Positions 25,575 through 37,749 of a stretch of DNA of 64,000 nucleotides are shown here, piece after piece. The notes below the pieces were generated by a model. It was not told the DNA's origin. It did no database searches and saw only the letters and a list, made by a program, of their open reading frames with translations. Position numbers and translations under genes: made by a program. Within the stretch, counting starts at the first letter, position 1. Every line of letters starts with the position of its first letter. This DNA comes from Rhizophagus irregularis (lineage: Eukaryota), in NCBI RefSeq assembly GCF_026210795.1, contig NC_089430.1:3224001-3288000 (forward strand), given 5' to 3'.

Positions 25575-28500
25575 AATTAAAATCTTACTTGAAACGAATA
25601 ATGACAAATTCTACAATGTGTTTTGAGAAACTCTTGAAGATCCTTTTTCTTTGATAAAATGTTCGCAGTTGTTTCAGAAATATTTAATGATTTATCAATC
25701 TCAAGGATAATCTGTTTAATAATTCAAATATTAAATAAATAAAATTTAAAATTAATATTTTTTTAAAAAAAATTAATACCTTAAAAAAATTGTCAATATC
25801 TTGATCATTTGCTGGTTCATAATGTTGAAAAGGATTTTCATGCAACACTAATCTCTCAGTTCGTGAATGCAGCATTTGTTGAATATTAAGTATACAATCG
25901 TATAACCCATTTTTCAAATTTGTATTTTTATTTGCGGCAGCACGAATTTCATCTAATGTATCAGCTTTTTTAAAAATCCCTTTCAAATCTACGCTCATTG
26001 ATTCTCTCATAATTGCAACTCCCTGAAGTTCCAGATTAATAATAGACATAATTCGCTCTGCAGGGTTTGCCCAGCTGTGATATAGTGCAGTACGTAATGC
26101 AATAAGAAGATCAAAATTGCCACGAAGAAATAAGCAAATAAGGGAAATTTGAACTGAACCAAATGTAGTTCGATGATCAGGACCACTGTCAGTATAAAGA
26201 CAAAGAATAGGTGGAATAAAAGTATAATGCAATTGAATTGTATTAAAAAATTCAGTTGAATGTCTAATTGCATTGCTAGGTTGAAAAACAATATCTTTAT
26301 ATGAAACAAATACATTTCCATGATAGAAAGAATCTTCGATGGTTATTAGAACATCAATAAAAAAAATAACTAAAGGGGTAAAAGATAGTTTCGTAAAGTC
26401 ATGGTCACTTGCTGCCAATGTTGAATTTACACCAACTAGGCTCTTCTTATTACGAACACCAGTAGATGTAGCTACACCTTTTCCAATTTGAATTTTATGT
26501 TTGTCATCTGCTGCAATAAAGCAAACATAATCACGATAAAGAATTGAAAATTCACGCAGATAACGAAAAAGACAAGCACAATAATGTGCATTTGGATAGT
26601 TTTTACGTAATTGTCGAGCTTGAATTTGATACTTAATATTGAACCGACCAGTATAATGCATTGCTCTAATAGCAGTAAGATTAGTAGGCCAAAATTGGAG
26701 GCGAATCTATTCATTAGACAGAATATTAACATTAGGTGGTAATGGTACGCTATACTTGACCTCTAATCAATTTATAATAATTTCACAAAGATCCCTAATT
26801 GAAATTGCTATTGGCATATATAAAACTTCTTGTTGTCGCCTGTCATCATCAACTGCAGGTGTATTCTTTAATTAATAATAAATATTTAGCAATTTATCTG
26901 AATAAAATATTGATGATAAACAAATTGAAGTACACATACTTCGTTAAAATATGCTTCCATTTTATCCCAGAAAGCATCAAATTTCCTCCCTTTAAATCCA
27001 TTATTAGTGCGTAAGTCAACAACAATTGATAGATCTTCGAGTTGCATCATTATTCGTAAACGTTCTTCAATCTCCTTGCTAATAGTATTTGTCATTGAGG
27101 CATCACCAGTTAAATCAAAATATAAAGTTCAAAGCACAGCTGGAGTAATCTTTTTAAAAAGAGAATACTTGAAAAAACTCTGTTAATATTTTGTTTATTA
27201 TAAATTTAATAATGTGATAAAAAAAAAACTTACTCTTTTTAAAGCATTCTTGTGCATCTGCCGCGTATAATATTTTGGTAATTCTTCATTAATTCTTGCT
27301 ATTATGTGAGCGTTTTCTGTCTCTGATCGGTGATTATTCCTTAATGGAATCTTCCAAATATAATTGATAGTACCAAGGTAATTACCCTGATGATACTGAT
27401 ATATTGTCACAGGAACATTGAGCTGCAAATTTTTGATGTAATTATATTTTTGTATTATGTCATGTGGCGTAAATTCTTCAAGATCAAAGAATTTATAATT
27501 ATCTTTTTCAAACAAAAAATCTGAAAGTTCTTGATATTTGTAATGAATATTATCAGATGCTTCAATTGTGTATACTTTCAAATCACAACCAGGATTGCAC
27601 GCTGAAAAATCACTATTATGCAGTACATTCATATTTTTGTTAACCTCTCGCAAATAATTGGCATATTTTTTAATTTTTTCAATTAATAAAATAACTTGAT
27701 TAATAAAATCCATCCATTTATCTTTGCTTGCCCAAGGTTGTTCAACTGATAATTCCAATGATTTTACCAGCTGTTCAAGTTTCTCATGTGAAAGTTGCTC
27801 CTTTTTATGATGACCGGTATGATAGAAATTATTATAACATCCATTACATTGATATTGTTCTAACTCATCAAATATTTCTGGTAATTTTAATGACCGAGAA
27901 ATAAAATTTTCTCTATGTGGATCAATGTACCAGAAAAGAGCAACTAATCTTTCCACAAATTTTTTAGCAAATGATTCTGATTCTGTGCCTCTCCAACCAT
28001 TTCTTTGTTCTTTTTTTAATAGTGCAATAACATCATTGTATAAAAGATCATATCGAGTATCTACTCTCTTTAACATAGGAAAGTAAGGTTGATGAACTCT
28101 TTCCATCATTCTATTAAAAATATTTAGTTCATTCCATTGAATACTTTGATCTGTAAAACCAGTTTCACCAATGTGTTCTTTCGGTTGAACGATAAATTTT
28201 ATATATTTTAATTCTAGCTCCAACATTAAAGAAAGTTCATCACGTAACCCTTCTTCAACAAAGACCCATTTGTTATCAATTTTTCCTATATAAACTTGAA
28301 TATTTCGTCTATAAAACATATCCTTTGCAATTGCTTCATATATTTCATTGAAGGTAGTTGTATCTGAATCAACTTTAACAATTTTTTGTTCGATAATATT
28401 TTTTTGATCTTCGTTAATATTAACAAAAAAATGCGGTATATTAGAAAAATTGGTAACGCGTTAAAAAATCCAGTTGCACAAATATTCATTTGATTCATTT

Positions 28501-29951
28501 TGTATTTTACAGTAAATTTCTGTATACATATGGTAAATTGTTGAATTATTACTATTTCTAATCTCTTGTACGTCTTACTTCCAATCTCTTGTATATACGA
28601 GCTTAAAAAGAATAAATTAAAAAGGGTGTGAGAAATTTATATTTTATACAAAAATTGAGGTGACACTACATACATTAATTTTCCTTTTATATACAATAAT
28701 CAATGAATCACATGATAAAATTTATGTTGTTTAAGGGGCCATTGCGCAATTCAGGGGAGGGGGATTATGTTAAACACACTATTTGCTTGGTCCGGCTTAC
28801 CCAGCCTCTCCCAAAATCTCGTTCTAAATTCGCGATAATATCTTTGGCCGGTACGCGTTCACAGCCACCGCCCAGGGTTACCATTACGATAAAGAACATA
28901 GTTCTAAATATCAAAATCAGTTTGAATATTCGATAAATACATTTAATTTATATGAATGTAATTTTATTTATTTACTTACATGGTAATCCCTGACGAGGTT
29001 CCTCCACTTTTAGCTGCACTGTTGCCCAGAAACTTTTGTTCAAAATATTCTATTTATTCTGATTTAATTAAATGAATTGGTTAATTTGAATTTAAATTCT
29101 TTCTTAAAGAAATTATAGATATTAGTCATATGAACCTATTGGCAACAGAGTCCCAAAAAGCATGGCGGCTTCTACCATTAATATTGTGGTAGGTGCGGTT
29201 TCTGTCTATCATAGCCCAGTTCCAATGGACGTTATAATGGGAACGACATGAACGTGTGTGGCAAGGCATTATTAGATTAGATTTGATTTTTATAATTTGA
29301 TTTTGGGATGAGTAAAAATTTGAAAGAAAGTCATAAAATGTCACTTTAAATAAAATTTGAACTATTTCTCGTTTCAATTAAAATTTAATTTATTAGACTT
29401 TTCATCATTAAACATATTAATTAAATCTATATTTAAAAATAAAACAATTGATTATTAGCACATTCTATTGAATTTTAAATATTTTGCATACATTTCTTAA
29501 AAAAATTAATTTTTTTTTAATCAATTTAATTTAATTAAAAATAATTGAAAATCATGAATTATTTTAAATATAAATATCAATATATCACATTTAAAAATAA
29601 AACAATTTATTATTAGCACATTCTATTGAATTTTAAAAAAATCAATTTTTTTTTTAAAAAAAAAATCATCAATATATCATATTTAAAAATAAAACAATTA
29701 TATTCTGATTAAATATTTTGTGTATATTTCTTAAAAAAATCATAAAAAAAATCTTGTACATCGTACATGCAATTACTAAATATCATCCCCTTGTGATAAA
29801 TAAAAAATTACGCAATACAAATTCAACACAAATTCAACACAAATTTAACGAAATTTGGCCAAAATTAATAATTTTTTATTAGAATTATCAACACAAATTG
29901 AACACAAATTGAACACAAATTTCAGTCACGATTTATTTATATCACACCCGC

Positions 29952-31559
29952 TGTATGATGTACATGATTTTTTAAAATACAGATTTTCATAATTTTACGA
30001 TATCGTATTTTCTGGCCAATCAAAATTAGGCTGATCCTTGCATGTGATTTAATTATTTAATCATGCACGCGTTTTTTGTCTTATTTATTTTTGTCTCTTA
30101 TTTCTTTATTCTTTTGTTCAATATTTTTAATTTTTTGTCTCTTCTTTCTATTATTTCTTAATATATTTACATATATTTCATAATTTATTGCTTTGCAGGT
30201 ATAGAAATATTTGTTTATTAATACTAATTATTTTAATATTAACGCATTTTTTTACCTTTTTGTTATTTTGTATCGTAATACTAACAATAATATCCATTTT
30301 TCCTTTATTCCTTTTTACTTGTACTTTAATACTAACGATACTAACGATACTAACAACATGTTTATTTTTTCCTTTCTTTATTCTTTTGTTCAATTACTTT
30401 GCAGGTATAGAAATATTTATTTATTAATACTAATTATTTTAATATTAACGTGTTTTTTTACCTCTTTGTTACTTTATGTCGTAATACTAACAATACTATC
30501 TACATTTCCTTTATTCCTTTTTACTTGTATTTTAATACTAACGATAATATCCATATTTCTTTTACTCCTTTTACTGTTTCTTTAACTCTTTTTACCTTAA
30601 TACTAATAATAATAACAATATTTCTTTTATTTTTATATCTAATATTAACATTACTATAGCTATTTCTCTTCTTTTTACGTCTAATAATATTGTTACTCTT
30701 TACTCTTTCTTTTTTTTACTTTTATGTATTCTGTATATATTAATAAATACTTGTAATTTTTTATGGTTCAATAAAATTATATCTAATAAAACATACATTA
30801 TATAAACTTATAGTACAGAAAATGAAGTATTATTTATTGAAATATTTTAAAATATTACGAAATATTAAGTTGTGTAAAATCACAGAATATTACGAATCAT
30901 CAAATTATGGAGCATTACGCATCATAGAATTTTGAAATATTTTAAAAAGTTGCGAAGTATTACGCAGTAAAATTACAGAATATTACAAATCGTAAAATTA
31001 TGAAGCCTTGCATATAGTAATATTTCAAAATATTTTAAAAAGTTACAAAATATTACGCTTATGCAAACTTGCGGCAGGTCCGAAAACTTACGAAATATTA
31101 TGTAAAATTACGAAATATTGTGAACCACAAAATTACGGAATATTACAAATCGTAAAATTATGAAGCTTTGCATATCGTAATATTTCAAAATATTTTAAAA
31201 AGTTACAAAATATTACGCTTACGCAAACTTGCGGCAGGTCTGGAATAAGGTTGCTTGCCAAAACCTAGGGGTTTAGGCAAGATGGCGTTTCGCCAAAAAG
31301 CGAAATTCTGCCGAAACTATATTAAAGTTATATTAAAAAACTGGTGAAACTTTGGAGAAAGGTGAAACTGCTGAAACTTATTATAAATGCCGAAACTGCT
31401 GAAACTCTGCCGAAACTATAATAAATCTATAGTAAAATTTTGACGAAACTAATTGTAGGATTTTGAAGAGGTTTAGACAAGCAACCTTAGTCTGGAAGCT
31501 TACGAAATATTATGATGTGTAAATTTGCGCAACTTTTCGCACTATATAATTTCCTGATG
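29952..31559 (-). mobile_element. Copy A (inverted, lacking the last ~190 bp) of the CATCAGG element family
   Basis: Reverse-complement near-identity with 51239-52580. Ends ...ACTATATAATTTCCTGATG at 31559. Internal ~180-bp and ~230-bp duplications. Confidence 0.85.
31246..31489. mobile_element. hAT MITE (244 bp) with a perfect 8-bp TSD
   Basis: TIRs TAAGGTTGCTTGCCAAAACCT and (reverse complement) TAAGGTTGCTTGTCTAAACCT. TSD GTCTGGAA at 31238-31245 and 31490-31497. The empty site is visible in the paralog at ~51298-51312. Confidence 0.95.
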
Positions 31560-32842
31560 TAATTATTAAACCTACCTTTAGTTATTTGTCCAGACATAAT
31601 TTTACTTTAGATACAAATTCAACCGTTTTATTTATTTCAAAAAGATTTCTTTCAATTGCAATTCCTGTTTCAATTCCATCTATTTTTTTAACGCTCTTCT
31701 CAAAAACATTCATATCATAAGAAATTAAATTATTATGCCATCTTATAGTTAAATTCTTTTCTACTTTACATTCTTTTCCAAAAAATGTTATTCCTATTCC
31801 ATTAACAATTTCTCTTATCTCTACACCAAAAAATTCTTTCTTAGACGTAATATTTGTCTTAACTAATGATGTAACCTTTACTATACTTGCTGAATTGTTT
31901 ACTTTCCAATACAGGATTTGTTCTGTTGTTCTTAATATTGAAACTAAGCTAGAACTAGAAGAATTTAGCTCAAAAAAGACTGTAGCAATTAAGGATGGTC
32001 ACCGGTCCTAGAAGATTGCGGTCTTACCGGTCCTACATCCCAAAAAGACAGACTGGTCTGTCTCACGCCCAGTAAGAAAAATCGCATACTGAAAATATAC
32101 TGAAAATATACTGAATTTTAAGAATATTTAACTATATAATCATGTATATTATAAGTATAAATTAAATATAATTTTAGTATATTTTATGTAAGATATTTAT
32201 ATCCATAAATAATGCTAAAATTATGTTTAAATATACTGTATTTAATATATAAAAAGCTCATAAAACACCCTTAAATTTTGCCTCTTTAAGTATATTTTAA
32301 GTGCAAATTTTATGTCATTAATTTCTACTTAATTTCAGGATAATTTTATTTCGTGTTATTATATATATTTAAGTATATTTAAAGCCCATTTTCAGTGTAT
32401 TATAAATATAATTCAATTGTATTTTGCATATATTTTAATAATATTTCAATTAGAAATATCATATATTTTTAGTAGTTTTAAAGGTCAATTTAGTTCAAAT
32501 AAAATAATATTTTATGTATCTTTTAATTAAAAATAGCATACATTTTTACTTGCATTAAAGATTATTTTAATTACATTTTTACATTTGATAATAATGATAT
32601 TTTTAGTATATAAATACAATATCGATATGGTTTGATTATATTTCAATAATAATTCGCGTACATTTTAAAGGCTATGCTAATAACCAATGATACAAATAAT
32701 TTCTATAGTAAAGTAAAATGTTTAATTTCATATTTCTGAAACTATATAAAACGAAAATAAATAAAGAATAAAATAAATAAAGAAAAGAAGATACAGTTAG
32801 GAAAACTTATTTTTCATACCCATTACACAATAACTCGAGCCC

Positions 32843-33350
32843 ATTTAATTTAATGTACTTATTAAAGAGGGGAAAAAGTTATATTAGTAATTTAGTTATT
32901 TAATTTTAAATCCAATACAATAAAGTTTGATGCATACCTGTTTAATAAACATAATTTTTAAGTAAACAATACTTATACACGTCTACAATTAACACCTCGA
33001 CACGGACCTATTTAATTTAATATACTTGTTAAAGAGGGAAAAAGGTACAGTCAGACCTCTATAATTGCACTCTCCATAATTGCACCCACTATGTATACCC
33101 TCCCTAAATGCACCCTCTAGTTCGGTCCCAAGCTTATATGATCTCGCTCTAATTATTTTACCTCTATAAATGCACACCCTCTTTAAATGCACTATTTTGA
33201 AAATTATGCATATGGTCCCAAGGGGTGTGCAATTATGGAGGTCTGACTGTATATTAGTAATTTAATTATTTAATTTTAAATCCAATACAATAAAGTTTGA
33301 TGCATACCTGTTAATAAACATAAAAAAATACTTATACACGTCTACACTCT
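32843..33350. repeat. ~165-bp tandem duplication; the second copy is interrupted by a MITE
   Basis: ATTTAATTTAAT..TAAAGAGGG...TATTAGTAATTT...TCCAATACAATAAAGTTTGATGCATACCTG...CTTATACACGTCTACA is present twice. Confidence 0.85.
33048..33249. mobile_element. Tc1/mariner/pogo-type MITE (202 bp), TA TSD
   Basis: TIRs CAGTCAGACCTC(T/C)ATAATTGCAC. TA at 33046-33047 and 33250-33251. Empty site in the upstream duplicate (AAAAGTTATATTAG). Confidence 0.93.
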
Positions 33351-33857
33351 ACAGTTAACACCTAACACAGCTACATTAAAATAGAAAAAATAAAAGAATC
33401 AGTTAATATTAATTTCGACAGTAACTAACTATTGGATAATTGATATTGTGATGGAAAATTTATGTATTCATACCGTCTCTCCCTGTAATATAGTCAGCTT
33501 CTCTTCTAAGTAGGGTTAATTAAAACTTTCTAATTCCAGAAATTCAAGGTTTTGTATCTTGTATCCTTTATTCCTGGTAAAATATTTTTCGTCAGTAAGT
33601 TTATAAATAATATAGACTTACACTGGTCAAAAACCAATATATCGGGTAGCAGATATGTATCAGATATGTACCCGATATGTGTAGTATTAATGCAGAAAAT
33701 CGGGTACCCGATATGTATTTGATATGTAAATGATATGTAGACAATATATATATTTACACATATCTTACACATATCGGGTACGATTTTCTGCATTAATACT
33801 ACACATATCGAGTACATATCTGATACATATATGCTACCCGATTATATTTTGACTAGA

Positions 33858-35444
33858 TTCTATTCTCGAAATGAAGCTGCTGCTATTTATGCAGTCTTAA
33901 CTATTTCTCCACGCGACTCAGAAGTTACTATTTATACTGACTCGCAAACTGCCATTGATGGCCTTCGAAGTTATTCTTCTTCTGTCTACTCGAATAGTCG
34001 CCTATACTATAAAACTACAAATTTTGAACTTTGGGCTATTATTGAACGAACCATCTTTTCCAAAAATTTGACCGTTCTTTCTGTCAAAGTTAAAGCTCAC
34101 TCTGGCAACTATTTAAACGATTTTGCTGACTCTTTAGCCAATACTGCTCATACCGCGTCATCCAGTATTTTGATCTCTGGAATGGACCTGGCCTCTGCCC
34201 ATGATTTCGTCTTAATCTATGACAATGAAGTTGTTTGTGAATCTAATCCGCGACACCTTCTCAAACAATATTATCAAACGCAGTTAATGCGCGATTTGTT
34301 AAACTTAACGCGATTTCACTTTATTTCTTTACTATCAACTAATATAGATTATATTGTTGACTGGGAACTTACTTGGTTCACTTTAAATTTCAAGCCCTCC
34401 CATGATGCATCCTTTACCCTTGAACATGCTTCAAGACACCTAACCTTTAAATTCAAACTTTTCTTGGATGATTTGCCTACATTGGAAAAGCTTAAACGGA
34501 CCCGACCAGACTTATACTTAGACGAGTTAACTTGCCGTTCTTGTATCGACCGCATGGAAGACCTGATGCACCTTTTTATGTGCAAAAGACGTCGCCTACC
34601 CATGCAGCAAATTCTTCGATCTTATCAAAATCATTTGATCTCTAAAATTCTGGAAGCCGGTAAATTGGCTGACATTGATCCCACTCCTTTTATTGCTAAA
34701 CTCACTTCTCTTTCATGCTGGTCCTTTTCTTCTACGAATTGGTCCTCCTATGCCCTGGTCCGTGGTTGTTTACCCAAACTCTTTATTGACTTATTTGTCG
34801 ATTTATCCATTCCGAGGAGTTCTGCGATTAAAATTATCGCGGCTATTCATAATAATTTTGTCCAAAAATTCAGAAGACGAATTTGGAATCCGCGTTCTTA
34901 TGAGAAATGCAGATGGAAACACGTGATGAATATTACCTATAAGTTGAAAACTACTCCGAAGCCATCTAATTTGCCATTGTCAACGTACATACCTTACTCA
35001 TCTTTACCACCTCCGACCCTATACGATTCACGTGACTCCGGAACCGATTAGTTGAAGAACTCGATGAAATATGGTTTGCCTTGGTTTAATCACTTTTCGG
35101 GTTTTATGGGTCATCTAACGGTGCTACTTAATAACAGCTTTTGCAGGATGGAGTGTCGATTTTTATAGTGGGCGCGCTATTTGTTATTTTGTTAGCATAG
35201 TTGCTTCTACTTTGGTTGGAATATATCAAGGGGGAAGATCTGGGGAAATTTAGTGTAATGCGATTTTTCTTTACTTAGATTAATTTTTTTTTTACTTTAT
35301 TTTTTCTTAGGAGACTATATAGTTTTGTTTTTAGTTAGTTTTATTTTTATATCTTTCTTTTTATTTTTGTAAATTGTAAAGTTCGAATAATTTTAATAAA
35401 GATAAAGGCTACTATGCCATGTTTGCCTGGTTTTTGACTAGTAG
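33858..35444 (+). mobile_element. LINE copy 1, 5'-truncated (RNase H C-terminal half, zinc finger, 3' UTR)
   Basis: High similarity to 42070-43646 and 47137-48710. IYTDSQ, VKAHSGNYLNDFADSLA, CRSC...HLFMC. Ends GCCTGGTTTTTGACTAGTAG. Confidence 0.92.
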
Positions 35445-35581
35445 TGACTAGTAGTAACTCTCTCCTGAATTTTTCAAAAACGAAAATTTCCGACGAAAAT
35501 AATTTTTTATTATTTTAAAAATAATACAAGCTACTAATAAAATTTTATATTTTATATATTCCCAACTCAAAGCCCTCTACT

Positions 35582-37699
35582 ATGTCTGGTAACTATGCCA
35601 AGAGAGGCCGTGGAAGTCATAACCCTAACAGTAGGAAAGCTTCCCATCAAGAACGAAAAAATAATAACTCTGATAACTCAAGCTCCGATGGTGAAAACAC
35701 TGTCCAGCAGAAACGTAATCGTACATTTACCGAAAATTCTATGGAAGAAGACTACGTTGCCGATGACTATCCGGCTGACGTTGGAGTAGATGGACCTTCC
35801 TCTTCTCTTCAACAAAATATCTCTGGCGAAAATACTTTGACCTCCTCCCTGAAAAATTCTGCTGCGCCAACTGCGCCCAGTCACGTCGCGTCTTCTGGAT
35901 ATGTGGACGCGTCCATGCATGCACCTTCAAACAAAGACTTGCAACAACCCCTAACGCGTTGCCAAATTTGGATACCAATGGTGCTCCAGATGGCGATCAA
36001 ACTCCATATCCAGTGGTGACCCTTGCCTTAACCAGAAATGATTTTCAGGCTGCGGCTGCGCCGAATGCTGCCCCTGAATCTCTTAAGAAATTCCCTACCA
36101 ATAAAGCCCTTATTGAGGCTGTCAATAACCTTTTTTTAGAAACTTACGAGTCGTTTACTGGAAAAGCGCGTATGACTGGTTCTGGTGAAGCCAAACGCCT
36201 CGTTATCCACTTCCACACCGCTGAAGCACGCGATTTGTGCATTGGTTCCACTCATTTTGAGTTCCCCGACTTAATCTTTCACGCACATGACTCTCGCCAA
36301 CTCCGATCTAATGAAGATCTCTGGGCTATCCAAGTTACCGATATTCCTTTCTTCATTAAAAAGGACAACCTCATGGCTTATTTTAAAAAATTTGGCAATA
36401 TCACCTCTTGTCGCCTCTTCTCCAGGCCTAATGCCAAAGTCCAGCAGGCCCGTATTGTGTATGATTATGCCAATTCAATTGCTCGTTTTACCGACCAATG
36501 GGCTGCGTACTGTTTCTCCACCTGCCTCCGAATCACTCCATGTTTTTACACGTGATCAAAAGGCTGCGCGTCGTCAATATGTCACCACTCTTACTCAACT
36601 TCCCCCTAATGTTAAAGATATCAACTTGGCTCCTCTTACTCGTGACCTTGGCGCCAAAGCTGTTAATATTCCACTTTCACTAAATTCTTACAAACCCAAA
36701 AGATGGGCTTACGTCACCTTCAACTCCCAAGAAACCATGGATGCTGCTATGGAACAAACTATCAGCTTCCAAGGCCATGTACTTTTTTGGTCTTCCCCTG
36801 ATAATACTAATAAACTTTGTCACAGATGTGGCAAATTAGGTTGCGCCCCAAATTTCTGCCCACTTAAACAGACCAGAGGTAGAAGTCGCATTCGTGACCC
36901 TGTTGCAAAACTCAAAGAACGATTTAATGTCAATCAACCTCACCGCTCCAATCTAAGATCTGCTAATGCATGTTCTCGCTCCCGATCTCGCTCCAAATCT
37001 AAAGATCAATCTGCTTCCAATTCTAGACGCGACAATAACATTTTGCATGATCGCACCAATAATGATAATAATCGTAACAAATCAAATCCCAGTATTTCTC
37101 AACGTGCCCGCCATAATAGCAAAGAACGATCGGTCTTTTTTTCTTCCTCCTCTCGTTCTACAACACGTCCCTTACCCCGACAAACTCCTAACTCTGCGTT
37201 ATCCCCTGATGATGCTAATAACATTTTAAACCTTTTGCGTGAATTACAATGTGAAGTAGCTAACTTTCACAAACGCATCTCCGCTCTTGAACTTGCTGAC
37301 CAACGGATGACTCGTATTAAATCACACCTTGGCCTTGATCCACTTCCTATGCCCAATGAGCCTGAACCGGATCTCATGCAAGAAGATGCCCCTGTTACTC
37401 ATGTTCCGCTTAATATTCAGTCTTCCGTTAAATTTTCTTCACCTCCCAAAAGCATTTTAACGCGACCTTCGCCTACAATTACTATTGTTCCTAACATGTC
37501 GCTTCCTCCTTCTCACCTTTCCCCAAATGCTCCTCCTTTTACACCTATCTCCTCCACGCAAGAAGAAATAAACGATCTCAAAAATAGTAGAGTCGTTATT
37601 GAAAGTAAATTGGACCAACTCACTGGTCATATCAAACAATTTATTAGCTCCATTAGTGGTGCTCCCCTGGAACAAGCTGATTCAGCTTCTTCCGTTTAA
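35582..37699 (+). pseudogene. LINE ORF1: RRM-like domains, zinc knuckle, RS-rich and coiled-coil regions; two frameshifts
   Basis: IQVTDIPFFIKKDNLMAYFKKFGNI, LTQLPPNV...WAYVTFNSQETMDAAM, CHRCGKLGCAPNFC. Frame switches near 35950 and 36550. Confidence 0.85.
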
Positions 37700-37749
37700 C
37701 TTTCTTCTTTAACTTCTGACTCCCCGACTGTTTTTATCATTGTGCCTTA

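Larger units (their letters stand above)
20406..28498 (-). pseudogene. Zator-related DDE transposase, multi-exon, with a C-terminal Cys-rich region; degraded
   Basis: ADDKHKIQIG, ASDHDFTKLS, LYTDSGPDHR, RTALYHSWANPAERIMS; C-terminal CFQCGK, VCYWC, LCSIC. The Sola element sits in an intron between 25587 and ~21130. Confidence 0.75.
20158..28796. mobile_element. Zator/TP36-like DNA transposon with ~34-bp imperfect TIRs and TTA TSD
   Basis: Left GGCCAGACCAATTAAAAAGTGTATTTAACATAAT; reverse complement of right GCCGGACCAAGCAAATAGTGTGTTTAACATAAT. TTA at 20155-20157 and 28797-28799; removal restores the GTAATT splice donor of the Myb gene. Confidence 0.82.
20024..29269 (-). pseudogene. Second Myb/SANT-like gene, split by the Zator element at an intron 5' splice site
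   Basis: RNRTYHNINGRSRHAFWDSVANR...SGQQCS*KWRNLVRDYH|...RYYREFRTRFWER|VTSDRKARRNLPTYHRRR*. Same intron positions and TRFWE motif as the gene at 7053-8860. Confidence 0.72.
18999..29953. mobile_element. Copy C of the CATCAGG...CACACCCG(C)TG element family, carrying a Myb gene and nested Zator/Sola elements
   Basis: Left end CATCAGGAAATTTTATAGCGCAAAAAATTGTGTAAGTTTACA matches 51239 onward. The right 190 bp (29765-29953) matches 52595-52777. The Myb gene is continuous across the Zator insertion. Confidence 0.65.

Noticed and set aside
30178..30659. Membrane-protein-like ORFs (also 51748-52339 and 15897-16229)
   Set aside because: Low-complexity or tandem-repeat DNA; frames are not conserved between copies A and B.
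31560..32070. Gene fragment (minus strand) and a hAT-like end TAAGGATGGTCACCGG at ~31990
   Set aside because: No recognisable domain and no partner TIR or TSD found; too weak to annotate.
33831..35051. Stand-alone 406-aa RNase H gene
   Set aside because: The start codon comes from the MITE; the rest is a 5'-truncated LINE ORF2 ending at a premature TAG.
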